Assembly: GCF_001194135.2 (NCBI RefSeq)
Contig: NC_068992.1
Coordinates: forward strand, 52,795,477 to 52,859,476
Source: Octopus bimaculoides
Taxonomy: Eukaryota
Direction of reading: 5' to 3'
DNA: 64,000 nucleotides
Made by a program: the position numbers and the translations under genes. The notes below the pieces were generated by a model that made no database searches, was not told where the DNA came from, and saw only the letters and a list, made by a program, of their open reading frames with translations. Shown one piece after another: positions 50,960 through 64,000 of this stretch (position 1 is its first letter; every line of letters starts with the position of its first letter).

Positions 50960-51394
50960 NNNNNNNNNNNNNNNNNNNNNNNNNNNNNNNNNNNNNNNNN
51001 NNNNNNNNNNNNNNNNNNNNNNNNNNNNNNNNNNNNNNNNNNNNNNNNNNNNNNNNNNNNNNNNNNNNNNNNNNNNNNNNNNNNNNNNNNNNNNNNNNNN
51101 NNNNNNNNNNNNNNNNNNNNNNNNNNNNNNNNNNNNNNNNNNNNNNNNNNNNNNNNNNNNNNNNNNNNNNNNNNNNNNNNNNNNNNNNNNNNNNNNNNNN
51201 NNNNNNNNNNNNNNNNNNNNNNNNNNNNNNNNNNNNNNNNNNNNNNNNNNNNNNNNNNNNNNNNNNNNNNNNNNNNNNNNNNNNNNNNNNNNNNNNNNNN
51301 NNNNNNNNNNNNNNNNNNNNNNNNNNNNNNNNNNNNNNNNNNNNNNNNNNNNNNNNNNNNNNNNNNNNNNNNNNNNNNNNNNNNNNNNNNNNNN

Positions 51395-51427
<33 letters not shown>

Positions 51428-52203
51428 AACATTCTAAAATAAGCTATGTAAACACTTACTTTCATGCTGACATATTTAAGTGCGTATTTCAATATAAAAA
51501 CCTTTATTTTCTGTCTTTTATCCCAAATTGTTCATTGTGTAGCATAGTGGCATATGTACTAACTTTTTAAAGATACCTCTGCATTTTATTATATATTATT
51601 ATATATTTTATATATATGTATGTTTCCGTGTGCGTCTTGAAATAACTGTGTAGTACATACATGTATATAATGTAAATATATATATATATATTTGTGTAGT
51701 TAGACGCACGCATATACAAACACCCACATATAAACATACGTATGGATATACATATATATATATGCAGGTGTATGTATGTGTTTGGATATATTCATTTGAG
51801 TGCTATGTATATAAGAACTAAAAAGTTAAGAAGGTGAGAGACGTATAAAACTGATCCATCACTAAACTTTGTTTTCTTTTTCTTTTTGTTAAATGTCTCT
51901 AAGCGTCAAGTTAACTGAACAATATTACAGATTTGGCAATGTATCGACGTCTTGTGATAATAAAGTGTACACACTTATAAACAAAATAAATTGAGTTTTT
52001 TTTTGTCCGCTATGTATATTACGGTGTTTTATAGATGAAATATATTTCTCGATCTGCAAATTAGTATAAAGATATTGCTGGAGTAATCCAAATGCGAACT
52101 AAATATAATATAATTCTTTTGACGAAACATTTAAACAAAGTTTCTTATATAACACACACACAGACACACTCACTCACTGACTCACTCACTCACACATATA
52201 TAC

Positions 52204-52245
<42 letters not shown>

Positions 52246-53344
52246 GGTTATTAAGCCTAACCATTGAGATCTCGATTTACTCACCCTTTATAATAGATCG
52301 TTTAACTCTTGCACGCTATATCTTTGTAGAAAATCTAGGAAGGAAAAGCCAACAGAGGAAAGAGAAATTAGAATAAAGAAAAGAATTGCATAAATTTTAC
52401 ATATAAATCAAGCTGCAGTTACTTTCAACAGTCGTTTGAGTAGGAGTAAACATCTTTATTTCAAGTACGTTATTACAATACACGATATATTAATATAAAT
52501 CAGCGTAAGGCAATGTTCATCTGGAATATTACGCACTGCTTGGCATAGACAGTAATATCCCCGTTGGTTTGGGCTAAACATTGTTTTAAATATATTCATT
52601 TTAAAAAGAATTTACATTAATCAATTATGTATCTTGATTATGCAATTTGAGAATTAAAGATGCATTTTCTTAACGTAAACGCTTTTGAATTAATTATGTT
52701 ATGATCATTCCATCTCTATCTTTCTGTCTGTTCTTTTTATTCTAAATAGATGTGTAGGTATGTGTATTTATATGTGTATTGTATGTATAACAGTCGTATG
52801 ACATTTGTACGACAACGATGAAATTATCACAAGATGACTACAGCGAAACCAGCACAGCGATAGCTTAATTCACCTATTAGACTGAGGATAATATTCACCT
52901 CCTACACTTCAATTCAGGATGCAAATACACCGTCAACCTGAATTTGAAACTACAACCCCCTCCACTATACTTTCCGTGTGTTTTCGTGAACGATGAACGA
53001 TGAACAAGGAAACTACAGACGATACACTGTTTTGGTGTAATTGATGTACACTAGAGAAAACGCATAGTATGCTATGTGTATTCATTTGTTGATCAGTAAA
53101 GTGATAAGTTTCTACACGTGATGTTTCTGCATGGTTTCTGAAATTGTTGGTGTAGAACGTGTACAAGTTTCTTAAGTGGTAAGCCTTTCCAAATGCTTCA
53201 ACAGAGTGAATTTCTTTAGCAGCACCTAAAAAACTAAGTAGCGGGGTGTTAAACTAATTAACAGGTTAATCCATTACTCTTTCAAACAATAGCAGTATTT
53301 GAAATCAGAACTCTAGGTTTCAAAACAAAAATTGTAATAACATA

Positions 53345-53764
53345 TAGACGTAGGAGTGGCTGTGTGGTAAGTAGCTTGCTTACGAACCACATGGTTCCGG
53401 GTTCAGTCCCACTGCGTGGCACCTTGGGCAAGTGTATTCTACTATAGCCTCGGGCCGACCAAAGCCTTGTGAGTGGATTTGGTAGACGGAAACTGAAAGA
53501 AGCCCGTCGTATATATGTATATATATATGTGTATGTGTGTATATGTTGTGTATCTGTGTTTGTCCCCCCAACATCGCTTGACAACCGATGCTGGTGTGCT
53601 TAGGTCTCCGTAACTTAGCGGTTCGGCAAAAAGAGACCGATAGAATAAGTACTAGGCTTACAAAGAATAAGTCCTGGGGTCGATTTGATTCGACTAAAGG
53701 CGGTGCTCCAGCATGGCCGCAGTCAAATGATTGAAACAAGTAAAAGAAAAAAGAATAAAAGAAT
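53345..53764 (+). mobile_element. SINE family A, young full-length copy
   Basis: tRNA-like head (GTGGCTGTGTGGTAAG ... GGGTTCAGTCCC), body, internal TA/TG tract, CCTGGGGTCGATT and AAGTAAAAGA tail. Confidence 0.95.
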
Positions 53765-54242
53765 ATTAAGTCTAATGTTACAGTTTAACCAATCAGCCAC
53801 ATTGAAGTGGAGATTTTTATCGATCTAGAAAGGATAAATGTTAGAAGTAAACTCAACGAAGCTTGAATATGGAGGTCGTAGATACGGAACAAAAACAAGA
53901 ATTTTACACGACAATTTAATTATTTTGGCCTTTTGCCGCCTTCTGTTTGTGGTTTCAATATTTTGCAGCTTTCACTTGTAGCAAAACAAAAGAAAGAAAA
54001 ATTCAAAAATAAAAGCCACAAAAACTGAGATTCAAAATGTATCCCAACAACAAATTTTATACTGGCAAAAGATTCTATGCCGCGAGTGACACTCTATAAA
54101 TGTTCCGAGCCATTGAAAATGGGATGTTGAAAATACTTAATTAGATAAATGAAATTGTCTAGAGATTAAGAACACCAGAATGGTTAAGTATGAATATACT
54201 TCTTCGAAGTGTATTCCGTATACATGTAAATATGATCATATG

Positions 54243-54276
<34 letters not shown>

Positions 54277-55394
54277 TGTATACCTATATGCGCACAAGCT
54301 CTTGCATAGATACACATTATATATATATATATGAATAGATGTGTATGGTCTTTCATGAGTCCAAAAACTTACGTATTACTTTTGTTGAAAGTTTAAACCG
54401 AATTATCAAGCGTATATTAAAAATGTTTCAATGGTTCAACTACATGTGTTTGTATAAGCAGTGCTCCACCATAGCTGCAGCCACGTGGCTGGAACAAAAG
54501 AATATATATATATATATATATATATATACGAGTCTGTCTGTATATATATGTATATGTATATATGAGTGTTTATGTATATGTATGTGTCTCTGTACAAAGA
54601 CATACCTGTATATACACGATAATATATACATATACATACACGTGCATATTTATTCACATATACATATATATGTATGTACACACGCAGACACTGGCACACA
54701 TACACACGTACGCACACACACACACACAAACACACATATATATATATATATATATATGCATACAGAGAGATTCAGGAGGAGCAGAACAAAATTATGACAT
54801 TGTGCAAAATGCTGAGCCTTTGGCTTGTTGAGAATTTCTAGATAAAACATACTTTTTCAGAATAAGTTACTTGACAATTTCCAGTATTATAATATAATTC
54901 CATTTATATTATTTGTTTCATCAACATAATCATACGAAGAAGTGAGTGTAACAGGTATGTAAGGGATACAGCAGATATTGCTGTTCTTTCATTAAAAGTT
55001 TGTCTCAGCTAAGCAAGCAGTTATCAGACGCGTTTCCGTTATGATTGCTTTTTCACTATTTCTCTCTTAGTGTACCTACAAGTACATTACTCTACGTAAG
55101 TTGACAAAAATTTGGATACTGTTTCCAGAGGGACTTTTTGTAGATTACATGGCTATGCACAGAAGTTCTAATTGGACGGTAAAGAATATTGTAGATGAGA
55201 GTGGAGTAAACTGAGTGAAATTTGCGTCTGCTTAGAAAATTATTGCAATGTGGAAAGCCCTTGAACTCATTTTGTCAAATTAATCCTCAATTCATCATTA
55301 TTCCACAAATTCATACATAATGACATTATTACGAAAATATACGGAATGGAAAAACGAAAATGAACTTTAATCGGTGAGTAATGGAAGTAAGAGT

Positions 55395-55785
55395 GGAAGC
55401 GCAATGGCCCACTGGTTAGGGCAGCGGACTCGCGGTCATAGGATCGCGGTTTCGATTCCCAGACCGGGCGCTGTGAGTGTTTATTGAGCGAAAACACCTA
55501 AAGGTCCACGAGGCTCCAGCAGGGGATGGTGGCGAACCCTGCTGTACTCTTTCACCACAACTTTCTCTCACTCTTACTTCCTGTTTCTGTTGTGCCTGTA
55601 TTTCAAAGGGCCAGCCTTGTCACACTGTGTCACGCTGAATATCCCCGAGAACTACGGTAAGGGTACACGTGTCTGTGGAGTGCTCAGCCACTTGCGCGTT
55701 AATTTCACGAGCAGGCTGTTCTGTTGATCGGATCAACTAGAACCCTCATCGTCGTAACTGACGGAGTGCCAACAACAACAACAAC
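55395..55785 (+). mobile_element. SINE family B' (tRNA head, non-CORE centre, (CAA)n tail; OR1-like)
   Basis: A box TGGCCCACTGG and B box GGTTTCGATTCC. The 3' half from TGTATTTCAAAG is shared with 17478 and 30235. It ends in GGAGTGCC(AAC)5. Confidence 0.9.
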
Positions 55786-56344
55786 ACGTTGATGCAGGTT
55801 ATATGGAAATGCATAGAAATAAATGTTTAAATAAATAAATAAATAAATAAATAAAATATGCAAACAATCCTGTATTATAGATATACAAATAATACATAAA
55901 CATCTTATTGATGCACTGCATCTGGGACTGACTTTATATATGTATATAACTGCATTAGTGAAGTCCATTTCACTTTCTATCACCTTATTCTGAAATATCT
56001 CCAGACTACTAAGATATATAATCAATAAAATTGTTACTTCCCTTCTGCGATTTTCATTTTCATTTAAAAAAAAATTTTTTTTTTTAGTAGAGTAATATTA
56101 TTTACCCAGCGAATGCCAAGCTATCTTCCGTTGGAAGCAGTCTAAAGCCGAGATCTCTTCCGATTTTACTTCTGTCTAGTTCTCCGAAGTCTTATGGAAA
56201 AATCTAACAGGAATAATGATTCCGTTCTTGACATTAGTAAAATATATTACTATAGCTTCCTTTGCAAACAATAAACCTATGGCAAAACGCCAGATCCTGT
56301 TATTATCGTTGCTGACACAGTTGCTCATTTATTATTTTTACTTA

Positions 56345-56348
56345 TTTC

Positions 56349-56381
<33 letters not shown>

Positions 56382-56435
56382 GATTATTATTATTATCATT
56401 ATTATCATCATCATCATCATCATTATTATTATTAT
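56345..56435. repeat. (ATT)n/(ATC)n compound microsatellite
   Basis: Direct reading. Confidence 0.9.
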
Positions 56436-56689
56436 GCACTTTAACTTCCTCTTCAATCACTTAATTTCTCTCACTGCCAACATGACCTCTAATCCAATTC
56501 TCTTTTTGAAGAAATCAATTTTCTTACTGACCTTCTTTTAATTTTTCACAAATAACAAGATATATATTGCAAAGAACATCATTTGTACAATGAATGGATG
56601 GATGTGCGTGTCCGTGCGTGTGTTCGTGTATATGTGTTTTCTTTTTTTTATTCTAATCTTTTCCAGTCAACATTTATCGACAACAATAA

Positions 56690-56718
56690 ACAACAACAAC
56701 AACAATAATAACAATAAC

Positions 56719-56789
<71 letters not shown>

Positions 56790-56801
56790 TAATAATAATA
56801 T
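56690..56801. repeat. (AAC)n-(AAT)n microsatellite
   Basis: Direct reading. It explains the poly-N ORF. Confidence 0.95.
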
Positions 56802-57384
56802 GAATCCTGCCATTATTTTCTATAAGGAAACACTTACACTACAAGGAGATATACATGTGCTTTACAAAAACGTGGGGAGATGGGCAAAATAAAATTATAT
56901 AAAGCTGGGAGAGAGGCTAGGATGTTATACAAATTGAAACCATATTCTTCCTTTTTTTACATACTGCAATGAGTTGACTTGTCAAAGGACTAATCAAGCC
57001 CTACCAAAGTCAATTTAATCCAAACGAATGAAAAGAAAAATCATCACTGGAAATGGTAATTTATTCATCGACCCTCAAAAACAAAAAAAAATTAAATGTT
57101 CACATCGACGTGGTCTCAAAATTTCAAAAACGGATACCGCTATACGTTCTATGCAACACTCTAAAATCTCTGCCCATTTGCCATCACAGAATAAATTTAA
57201 AATCATATAAAACCATACATTAGTAAACAGGACATAGTTACATACAAGTGAGGAAGAAGAATCGAGTGACACTCCGGCACATTAAAGGACACTTTTGCTT
57301 ATCGTCAATAAGCACGTCTTGTTCATGGCATTTCACAAAGTAGTTTAACTAGCGCACAATAACGTAAATAAGATTCCATTTAAT

Positions 57385-57675
57385 GATGTTAAAACTATAA
57401 TGAACCACTGGAAGTGATAGGGTGTTAATGGCTTCGATGCGATTTTAACAGTTCAGTTCATTGTTAGTATAACTCTTATTCTCCTGTAATATTATTTTCT
57501 TGTTTATTCCAACAGGTATCTGTAATTTTCTTCTGCGTCAAACTCCTTGATGCTAGTGTCGGCATCTAATTTAATGGAAGCTGTTTGCATGAGTTTGCCT
57601 CTTACAAAAGTTGCTTTAGCACACTTATCAAGGCCAAAGTCCATCCCGATAACATTGGTGAATTTGTTAACCACT
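57385..57675 (-). mobile_element. R4/Dong-like non-LTR retrotransposon RT/thumb fragment
   Basis: VIGMDFGLDKCAKATFVRGKL...IKEFDAEENYRYL...YYRRIRVIL...NRIEAINTLSLPVVHYSFNIIKW are motifs typical of R4/Dong-clade ORFs. It has frameshifts and deletions. Confidence 0.8.
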
Positions 57676-57679
57676 TCGT

Positions 57680-57710
<31 letters not shown>

Positions 57711-59205
57711 TTATTATTATTATTATTATTATTATTNNNNNNNNNNNNNNNNNNNNNNNNNNNNNNNNNNNNNNNNNNNNNNNNNNNNNNNNNNNNNNNN
57801 NNNNNNNNNNNNNNNNNNNNNNNNNNNNNNNNNNNNNNNNNNNNNNNNNNNNNNNNNNNNNNNNNNNNNNNNNNNNNNNNNNNNNNNNNNNNNNNNNNNN
57901 NNNNNNNNNNNNNNNNNNNNNNNNNNNNNNNNNNNNNNNNNNNNNNNNNNNNNNNNNNNNNNNNNNNNNNNNNNNNNNNNNNNNNNNNNNNNNNNNNNNN
58001 NNNNNNNNNNNNNNNNNNNNNNNNNNNNNNNNNNNNNNNNNNNNNNNNNNNNNNNNNNNNNNNNNNNNNNNNNNNNNNNNNNNNNNNNNNNNNNNNNNNN
58101 NNNNNNNNNNNNNNNNNNNNNNNNNNNNNNNNNNNNNNNNNNNNNNNNNNNNNNNNNNNNNNNNNNNNNNNNNNNNNNNNNNNNNNNNNNNNNNATATAT
58201 ATATATATATATATATACATATATGAGTGTGTGTGCAGATGTGTGTTTGTATATATATCTGAGTTCGCATGCGTGTGTATGTGTCTGTGAATCTGTACGC
58301 ATGTGTATCCCAAAACCAATGACAAGTTTTAGACAGAGAAATCAAGCATGACAGCTTGTTAATTACAGTGACTCTCATTCGAGAGCAGAGAAACTGGAGG
58401 AAAATGTTTTACCGCAGCAGATATCAGGTTCTTATCGATAGGTTTAAGTATAAAAAATTCGGAAAGAAAATAGCAACTGTCAAACTGTGCAATGAGCTAC
58501 ACGGGAGATTTTGTCTTGGATAATTCCAGCTCCTCGGGTTAGCAATTATTTTTTCTTTGCTATTTACAGACGAGTGAATAAATATTGTGTCAATAATTTA
58601 TATATTAGCTTCAGTGCAACATTCGAGTTCTTATAAATACACGGGAAACCCAATTATTAAATTCTCCTAACAACAAAAATATTTTCACGCAGTCGGACAT
58701 TCACCACTAAAGCTAGTTGCATAACTCTATAACTAGCAAGTAATTGCGTAATATCAACAATATGACTAAATGGAAATAGCTTATAGCAATGCTGAATGGA
58801 ATTTATCTTAAATATGTATTGCTGTGGGGTGAGAATTACTCAGGGAACTGGAATTATTCAAAACAAAATCGTTTAATTATTTAAATACTAAAACACAACA
58901 GGCTATGGCTTGACTCCGATGCGCATTCCTGGTATCCATCGACCATTTTGAAATTGATGTAATAGGACTTAATCTTCCTTGTTGTCAAAATTTAGATTTT
59001 AATCACCCTGAGAAAGGAACCGTTTCCTGTATATTTGGATACTCCCAGTTCATCAACACCATTCAAAGTATTCCATATCTTCCTTGCTTAAATGCAGAAT
59101 TCAAACCATGGAATGGAATGGGAAAAATGAAATGCTTACAATAATTCTGAATGTATGATCGTTAGTGCATTGTAAAGTAAAATCGTTTTAAAAGCTGAAC
59201 GCGCT

Positions 59206-60148
59206 TACGAAATGGTATCAAAGTGTTCCAAGCCTGACTATATTTAATAAAATATTACTTGCATCAGTTTTAACAAAAACACCTTGGAAATGGTCACCTT
59301 GTGCAGCAATACTCCGATCTCAGCGTTCCTGCTACTTTTAGAATCCGGCTGTGAAGTCGATTTCCGTAAGCAAGTCGAGGACCTTGGGGCGATTCGCTCT
59401 TGTTCTCAACATCGGTCTTATAATAGCGACCTTTGAGCTGCATTTTCATCTAGGAAAAGAGATGGAAATCTAAAAGTGCTAATTCTGACGAATAGGGTAG
59501 ATGCGGAAGAAATAACATGTTGTTTCTGGTGAGAAATTCACGAGTGAGTGGTGACAGAGGGCATTGGGTGCATTGTGGTCATGGTGACAGGGTCCATTGT
59601 CATCTTGAAGAATCCAATACTACACCCTCCACAAATCCGGTCGCTTTCGCCGAATGTACCACACTCAAAACACTTGAAAACGTTGCAGTAGAAAAATCGA
59701 CTGACGGTCTGGTCCTGGACGAATTCTTGATGCACAATACCGCGGGTATCGGAAGAAACGCTAAGCATGCTCTAGATTGAACTGCGTCTCTGTTGTGCCT
59801 TTCGAAGCACCTGTGACGCTAGAAACATTCCATACAACCCATTACCTCTTCACCGTAAGTTTGCCGAAGTATGCTTGATGTATCTGCACTAGACTTTACA
59901 AGTTTAACTGAAAAGTTCCTTCCTTGTCTGTTTGTTCAAACTCTCTGTCCCTGATAAAATTTCATACTACAGCATAAGCGTGATGACAAAAACACAAACT
60001 TCATAACTTGCGAAATAAACACAGTAATGTCACTCGGTACACTGCCTCGTGAAAACCACTGCTAGCTCGCACTGCGCACGCAAACGTGTGCTACCACCTG
60101 TTGGTGCGCTACAGAAGTAGCCGGGGAACCTTGTCATACCACCTCGTA
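59206..60148 (-). mobile_element. Internally deleted mariner (DD34D-type) with both TIRs
   Basis: TIRs TACGAGGTGGTATGACAAGGTTCC (60148, minus) and TACGAAATGGTATCAAAGTGTTCC (59206). N-terminal LRQTYGEEVMG is fused to the catalytic region: RGIVHQEF, WILQDDNGPCH, LPHLPYSSELALLDFHLFP (YSPDL-type), GDHFQG. Confidence 0.9.
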
Positions 60149-60463
60149 TATGATTTATTTATAATTTCTACTATGAAATATAATTTGGTTTGTTGTTTAC
60201 AAGTGAATTTTTTGTATGGGGAGAGGAGAAAATATCCACATCACTGTGAAAAATGAAGAGTGTCAAAAAAAAATCATCATATATTACTTTCACCAACTTG
60301 CAGTTGCTTTTATAATAAACTATTAGTCGTGGCTGTTACGAGTTGTATATGTGACCCTAAAAAGAGAAGATAGCGAACTACTTGAGAGGAAGGGTTTATG
60401 TACCTACAGAAGAATTAGGTAAGGGAAGTAATAATTATGTAAACAACAACAAAATATTTCTCT

Positions 60464-60505
<42 letters not shown>

Positions 60506-61455
60506 AATGGAAATATCTACCCAACTCTGTATATGCGGGTATACACGTCAGAATTTTGCTGACACCATCATTCTAGTTCTCTAAAACTGACACAGCACTT
60601 GACACTGTTCATAGCATGCAATGCATAAAAAGTATGACAACCAACGTGCAAAAACCATTGGTAATAAAATAATTTCTTGCAGAGGCTGGTGTATTGTGCG
60701 TTGAAATGAACTGGATAACTGACTTGAGACATAGTTCAATTATTAAGTATTGATCTCCAGACATTATATAACGCACAAATCGGAATCTCTTTGCAATGAG
60801 ATTAAATGTAAAAATAAAATAAAATAAAAAAGCAATGAATTATATAAACAATTGCATTTTGTAAATGCCGGTACATTTGTGTATCTTCAGAGATAAAACT
60901 AAACGGATAAACAAAATTATGTTTTTTACGACCTAATATAAAACGTCAATATGAGGTACCTACAGTAGCACTCCAAATGGCCAACATTAACTTGAAGAGA
61001 GAATTTCAATGACTATATACTGATAATATTTTCTTAAACAGCAATAGTATTTTCAACAACAGGAACTGGATTATTCTTTATCATTTAAGACTCATATAAA
61101 CAAACCTTGGAGAACAGCGTCTACAAGCACAAATATCATTTTAAGATATGGTGTTTATATCAAATTTAATCATACTTCGTCTTGAAAGACTTGTTTTCTT
61201 ATTCATAAATTTTCTGGAGTCTCTCTTGTTATATCTCTGCATTAGGTAATAACTCTATTAAACATACATTGAGTTGTCTCGGAGGCTTCTGTAGGGGTAT
61301 AAATCAGTTAAGAACAGTTGTTCCAGGAAATGTAAGTATATAAATGATCTAATTGCAATTTTTTTCAATAGATTGGATTCCATAACATTGGAGGAAACTA
61401 CAATCAGATCTCTGTAATCATATCAGAAGTGAATATTATATAATATATTTATATA

Positions 61456-61862
61456 TAGGCGCAGGAGTGGCTGTGTGGTAAGTAGCTTGCTTACCAACCA
61501 CATGGTTCTGGGACCAATCCCACTGTGTGGCACCTTGGGCAAGTGTCTTCTACTATAGCCTCGGGCCGACCAAAGCCTTGTGAGTGGATTTGGTAGACGG
61601 AAACTGAAAGAAGCCCGTCGTATATATGCATATGTAAATATATATGCGTGTGTGTGTGTCTGCGTTTCTCCCCCCAACATCACTTGACAACTGATGCTGG
61701 TGTGTTTGCGTCCCCGTAACTTAGTGGTTCGACAAAAGAGACCGATAGAATAAGTACCAGGCTTCCCAAAAATAAGTCCTGGGGTCGATCTCCTCGACTA
61801 AAGGCGATGCTAAAGCATGGCCAAAGTCAAATGACTGAAACAAGTAAAAGAGTAAAAGAGTA
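61456..61862 (+). mobile_element. SINE family A, young full-length copy
   Basis: Near-identical to 53345-53764, with a (GAGTAAAA)2 tail. Confidence 0.95.
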
Positions 61863-62629
61863 TATACAGGAAGAAATACGGTCAGGGCTGATCATGGAAT
61901 TAATTAGATTTTTTCTTTGCTTCTTTGGTAGAGTATGTGACTACAAGTTAGTTATTGAATTTCTGTATATTCCTTTTATTTCTGTATGGTATTTGCTTTA
62001 TATAGCAAAACTTTGTAACTGTTAATACATTAATATAATTTCATACATGCTATAGATGCATAATGCACTTCAATAATGGCATTTTACCTGCGTCTGCTCT
62101 TCATTTAAGATTCTGTTGCTTCTACATATATGTGACAGACACCGGTAGCTGTTACAGTAATTGTTACAGTGATTACTGTTCATTACACCCTTTGTAATTT
62201 TAATCTATTTGAATGATTATAAGCAGTTGGTGCTGTTTGAAGAGTATTAATTGATATGGCAGATTACCATGCAATATAGCTTTTGATGTTTGTAAAAATA
62301 CAATATCGCTGTAACTTAATTTGATTTGATACAATGTAATCGAGTATATGAAAATGTAGGGAAAATATTCCTTTCGGAGTTATAAGCCTTGCAAATTGAA
62401 ACAAACCGAATTACCGAGCTACCAGCAGAGGAAGAAAATGGTTAATTCCTAATACCGGAACAAAATTTCTATCCCTTATTTGCAGATTTCCCATGAATGA
62501 TGATACAACATACTCAGTTATACGATATGGTGTCATAAATTTGAATTATTACCTAATGGAATGAATTACGTTTGACTATTGTCTGTGTATACATCACTAA
62601 ATTACAAATATATAATTAATCCAACTAAT

Positions 62630-63025
62630 TTCCAAAATGTTCTCCAGACCATCACAGTATAGCTGCCTTGTTTCATTATTGACTGCAACCTTTTTACATC
62701 AAATTTTTTATCATAGTCTTCACACCCGCACTCGAACACTGTTAGAAAATACCGCAAATCTGGACTCATTGGAAAATATGACAGTATCCCAAAATGCTAG
62801 TAGCCTCTCCACCATCTCACTGGCCCAATCTTTTCTTTGCTTTTTATTGGCTGGTTAAAGAAGTGGCTTCCTTTTTGCTGCTCTGCCATAGTAACCAAGT
62901 TTGCGGAGATACCTGACAGATGTTCTGGGACTGATAACAACTTGTTCTGCTATGCCAGGGACCTTACAACGAGAATTATCTTCCACACTTCTCTGTTGAT
63001 ATGCTTTGTACTTTGTGATATAAGG
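62630..63025 (-). mobile_element. Tc1-family transposase central fragment
   Basis: VRYLRKLGYYGRAAKRKPLL*PANKKQRKDWA...FWDTVIFSNESRF...MKQGSYTVMVWRTF matches Tc1 RKKPLL / W..VIFSDESRF / VMVWG motifs. Confidence 0.9.
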
Positions 63026-64000
63026 TTTACCTGCAATAATATGTGATTACACCACGCATAGTTTCTTTTTTTAATATCTAACGCAGGTGATGACTCATCC
63101 GATATTTTTTATCCATAAGAAAACAGTTAAGAGAATACAAAATCAAAGAATTAACAGAATTCGAAACGGACTGTAATTTAAAGAATGCATAATTTCAAAT
63201 ATTAAGAAATACAATATAAAAAGAACCGATATTATATTCCATCACGAGATAGAAAGAATTAACAAGAAACATCAAAACGGAAAAGAACATGATGAATATT
63301 TAGCATTAAACACGGAAACAGAAGAACGCAAATGAAAATATAAAATGAAGAAATATGAGGGAAATATGTTAGGGATGGAAATTATACAAATAAATCTTCG
63401 TATTTGATATTATAAATACTACACCCACCAATGATAAAATATAAAGTTTTAAAATGTGCCGAAAGTGTGAATCTGTCCAAGAAAGATTTAAAGGAAACAA
63501 ATTTAAGCAGCCGTATCATATACAGAAACATTATAATATATATATATAACATATAGTGTAGTTAACAAGAGAAACGGTTTCTGTTTCGTATCTGTTGATA
63601 AAGGAATGTTGAAACCAAAGGAAACAGCAAAGTAAACTAACGAAAATAGAAATCCACCGGGAAATCAAGAATAAAGGATACAAATGAAAATGATAAGTGC
63701 AGATAAATTATGCAGAAACAACATAATTCAAAAGAAAATATCCGCATTCGAAGAAGTCTGTAAGGAAAATACTTTCTAAATTGTGTGGGAACAGCAACTT
63801 GAATCTTAGCAAATATCAAATAGATGTAATAGGACCAACAACGGCTGCATTACACATCAGGTAAAAATAAAATATCAACCAATGCAACACGAATAGAACG
63901 ATAAGAAGTGGGTGGAGGAGTATACGTAGTAAAAGAAATCTGATGAATGAGATTTTATTTTTAATAATTGGCATACTATCTTAGGAATTGAGATTGACCA

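Noticed and set aside
8292-61683. Dozens of ORFs rich in YI, CV, HT, ER, poly-N/L/K/E or X
   Set aside because: They are translations of (TA)n, (TG)n, (AG)n, (AAT)n and (CTT)n tracts, N-gaps or SINE A bodies (e.g. RLPNPLTRLWSARGYS), not genes.
1-64000. rRNA, snRNA, C/D snoRNA, telomeric repeats, NUMT, bacterial insertions, CRISPR arrays
   Set aside because: None was recognised on visual scan of either strand. Several RTGATGA boxes lack a matching CTGA and terminal stem. An Infernal/Rfam search would be needed to exclude them formally.

Overview
AT-rich, microsatellite-dense animal genomic DNA with about 15 N-gaps, nearly all opening inside (TA)n/(TG)n/(CTT)n tracts. The three recurrent tRNA-derived SINE families and the repeat landscape point to a coleoid cephalopod, most likely Octopus (inference from recognised repeat types, not a database result). 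No complete protein-coding gene, rRNA, functional tRNA or CRISPR array is supported. What can be read directly is a set of decayed mobile elements: about 20 SINE copies of three families, two Tc1 and several mariner/pogo remnants, a Chapaev-like (CMC) transposon 3' end, and RT fragments of RTE, R4/Dong-like and probably Penelope-like retroelements. A handful of short, splice-bounded open frames, mostly on the minus strand, may be exons of a long-intron host gene, but none could be assigned to a family and some are expected by chance. The most interesting signals are: (i) a solo Penelope-type repeat with a minimal hammerhead-ribozyme fold that has a non-canonical core (12005-12041); (ii) a fold-back mariner built from two 5' ends and nested in the microsatellite of a SINE (7521-8305); (iii) a tRNA-like Pol III cassette fused to a MITE-like end (45134-45302); (iv) a duplicated acceptor/exon-start module around an ORF (20640-21190). 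I found no convincing evidence of a wholly new multi-gene system. Nearly all long ORFs in the supplied track are microsatellite, N-gap or antisense-to-TE artefacts.
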